From: Eubacteriales bacterium
Lineage (GTDB): Bacteria; Bacillota; Clostridia; Oscillospirales; CAG-272
Reading direction: 5' to 3'
Assembly (NCBI GenBank): GCA_045649645.1
Contig: JAZRQH010000166.1
Coordinates: 1-53,017, forward strand
DNA: 53,017 nt
Positions 52,501-53,017 of the stretch are shown here, one piece after another. A program made the translations under genes and the position numbers. Below the pieces are notes generated by a model, which saw only the letters and a program-made list of their open reading frames with translations, was not told where the DNA came from and did no database searches. Position 1 is the stretch's first letter. Each line of letters begins with the position of its first letter.

Positions 52501-53017
52501 AGAGAATATTGTTGTATTCTCTGTCCTCTATGCCGTCAGTTACGGTAAGCGTGGTGCCTTCGCCGTTGGCGGGGAAGGTCTCAGAGAAGGTTGCCTTCCA
52601 TTTGCCGTCGTTTACGCGGGCTATAGCAATATGTCCGTCGATCTCGCAGCGAACTATTCTGCCGTTCTGGGTCTTGTCCGCAAAACCCCAAACAGAGCAC
52701 TTTTCGTCTCTCTGGAGGAGCATATCGTCTGTAAATGCCGCAGAAACCGTGATGTCCTCTGCGTACTGATTGAACTTCTTGTCAAAGTTCATTATCATAA
52801 CTGCGAGCTCTGCTCTTGTTGCTGTGCCTCTGGGGTTGAGGGTGCCGTTTGCGTTGCCGGATATAACTCCATTTTCAACGGCCCAGTTCATTGCACCTTT
52901 CGCCCAGCTTGCGATCTTTGCGTTATCGCTGAACACATCAACTGCTTTGTCGTTTACAGGAGTAACGTTACTTCCTGTAAACTTAGCATAGTTCTGCAGG
53001 AACATTGCGAGCTCCTG
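49502..53017 (-). CDS. SLH-domain cell-wall-anchored protein with two tandem sialate O-acetylesterase-like (SASA/SGNH) modules; 5' end outside window
   Basis: The frame stays open to the window edge (QELAMFLQNY...). SLH repeat FSDNAKIASWAKGAMNWAVENGVISGNANGTLNPRGTATRAELAVMI. Each module has FTDDMLLQRDE/FSDNMILQKDE, GQSNAYYSL/GQSNVHYSL, ILWYQGESDW and NNIHPYIKH. Confidence 0.85.
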   Translation of the reverse strand, partial: QELAMFLQNYAKFTGSNVTPVNDKAVDVFSDNAKIASWAKGAMNWAVENGVISGNANGTLNPRGTATRAELAVMIMNFDKKFNQYAEDITVSAAFTDDMLLQRDEKCSVWGFADKTQNGRIVRCEIDGHIAIARVNDGKWKATFSETFPANGEGTTLTVTDGIEDREYNNILFGDMYYIFGQSNAYYSLAELIIDLNYKNLRNTLEVDYDDNRDLRFFRISNTDYNFTGEDARGTDKLFEDVYHGESWQTPSDIGKQVAPFDSFKPSSQNGFDRNAVSAEVFSALGYLFAYNMSNETDVPIGVIEIDASGHPLISFAPNELAEKWGHEAYDPATGTYYYNCNGLIADYLKTRFAYNQQLYPLINFSTAGILWYQGESDWINCREIMGANYTNTFTNQFTELMTYFREHMGNDDFPVYIMEYPSCFEGTYQGTALSYFDFGSVRAELGTIPQVLDDSYIVSSSDYFDDNTWLNNIHPYIKHWQAERLTNIALSTGNYDVDGYDINYTSGPVLDNSKYVDDNTVELNFNYVGDGLKVFDETGEDVLLGFEILVNGAWISCEDAVITDEDTVTVKYDGGKIDAVRYNRTPWAIFRVSLTLGNSEGVPAVAFIDFWHENTEPEQPDDPIGPVDPNTNLASEYTVSKAFSDNMILQKDEPCSVWGWAPASENGKYVKVAINGKTAFAEIKKGEWKVTFSETFPVDTNGTSIYVNDEEAYKDVLFGDVYYVIGQSNVHYSLLEMKIDSITKRFEDDVVFDFNDERDIRFFRNSNTYHMTNTGDRAQGTVTLYKDAEVPKGWQKPSDVKMDYDSNYPADINNFPRAIASSEVFSALGYLFAYNMSEVTDTPIGVIEIDASGFPLIAFAPNELAEKWGTEAYNEATGQYFYYLKGVNMEGYATGDLANPTMYTRFAYNQQIYPLINFSTAGILWYQGESDWASTRETLLDSSKGTFQTQFAELMTYYREHMGNRDFPVYIMEFPSCFPSYNPNKIQHYIPTGAVRTEVGIVPQILDNSYVVACSDFFYDVNWENNIHPYIKHLQAARLANMALSVGYDIEGYDINYTSGPVLKDVNYVDDNTVEINFNYVADGLRSFDESGDEIIFGLEILVNGQWIEYLDAVITDNDTVTVEYDGGVIEGVRYNRNTEAMFYAQVTLGSYNNAIGRVIPAVAFVDYKN
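49505..51106 (-). repeat. esterase module 2 (C-terminal copy of an intragenic tandem duplication, about 534 codons)
   Basis: Begins YTVSKAFSDNMILQKDE and ends AVAFVDYKN. Collinear with module 1 at protein and DNA level. Confidence 0.85.
51173..52753 (-). repeat. esterase module 1 (N-terminal copy of the tandem duplication, about 527 codons)
   Basis: Begins ITVSAAFTDDMLLQRDE and ends AVAFIDFWHEN. Separated from module 2 by the 22-aa Pro/Asp/Glu linker TEPEQPDDPIGPVDPNTNLASE. Confidence 0.85.

Overview
53-kb chromosomal segment of a spore-forming, moderate-GC Firmicute. Gene content (spoIVA, spoIIID, sigG, ricT/yaaT, an SLH-anchored enzyme) points to class Clostridia, and a finer taxon cannot be set from sequence alone. 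I support about 47 densely packed protein-coding genes.

Gene content in window order:
- paaK (5' truncated) and an ACT-domain gene
- a four-gene Na+-pump type biotin decarboxylase operon
- spoIVA
- a ligA-obg operon that appears to run on into three uncharacterised genes
- an orphan LivJ-like binding lipoprotein
- a GH13 alpha-glucosidase convergent with a motif-degenerate GlgA-like gene
- spoIIID, mtaB, upp, an RluA-family synthase, degV and an aldo/keto reductase
- rpsF-ssb-rpsR
- an SGNH hydrolase, an SDR, and holB-ricT
- a BMP-type nucleoside ABC importer
- divergent LtaS-like/Hcy-methyltransferase and MtaA-like/COG0523/NUDIX operons
- a YtrA-type GntR-ABC module with a clear operator
- a large cytoplasmic glycoside-hydrolase-like gene coupled to a Sel1-repeat gene
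- an amidase-domain lipoprotein and sigG
- a 5'-truncated SLH-anchored protein carrying two tandem sialate-O-acetylesterase-like modules

I recognised no rRNA, tRNA, CRISPR array, IS element, integrase, prophage or classical defence genes, so the window looks like core chromosome rather than an accessory island.

Best leads for something undescribed:
1. The COG0523 GTPase translationally coupled to a Zn-type MtaA-like methyltransferase. It sits opposite a stand-alone homocysteine-methyltransferase domain, with no corrinoid protein nearby.
2. The internally duplicated, cell-wall-anchored esterase.
3. The YtrA-ABC module, whose permease carries a roughly 310-aa Tyr/Asp/Glu-rich extra domain.
4. 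The motif-degenerate glycogen-synthase paralogue.
5. The unknown cassette fused to ligA-obg.

None of these is proven novel. All functional calls come from motif recognition by eye, without database searches. Many long antisense ORFs in the supplied track are codon-aligned mirror frames and were rejected.
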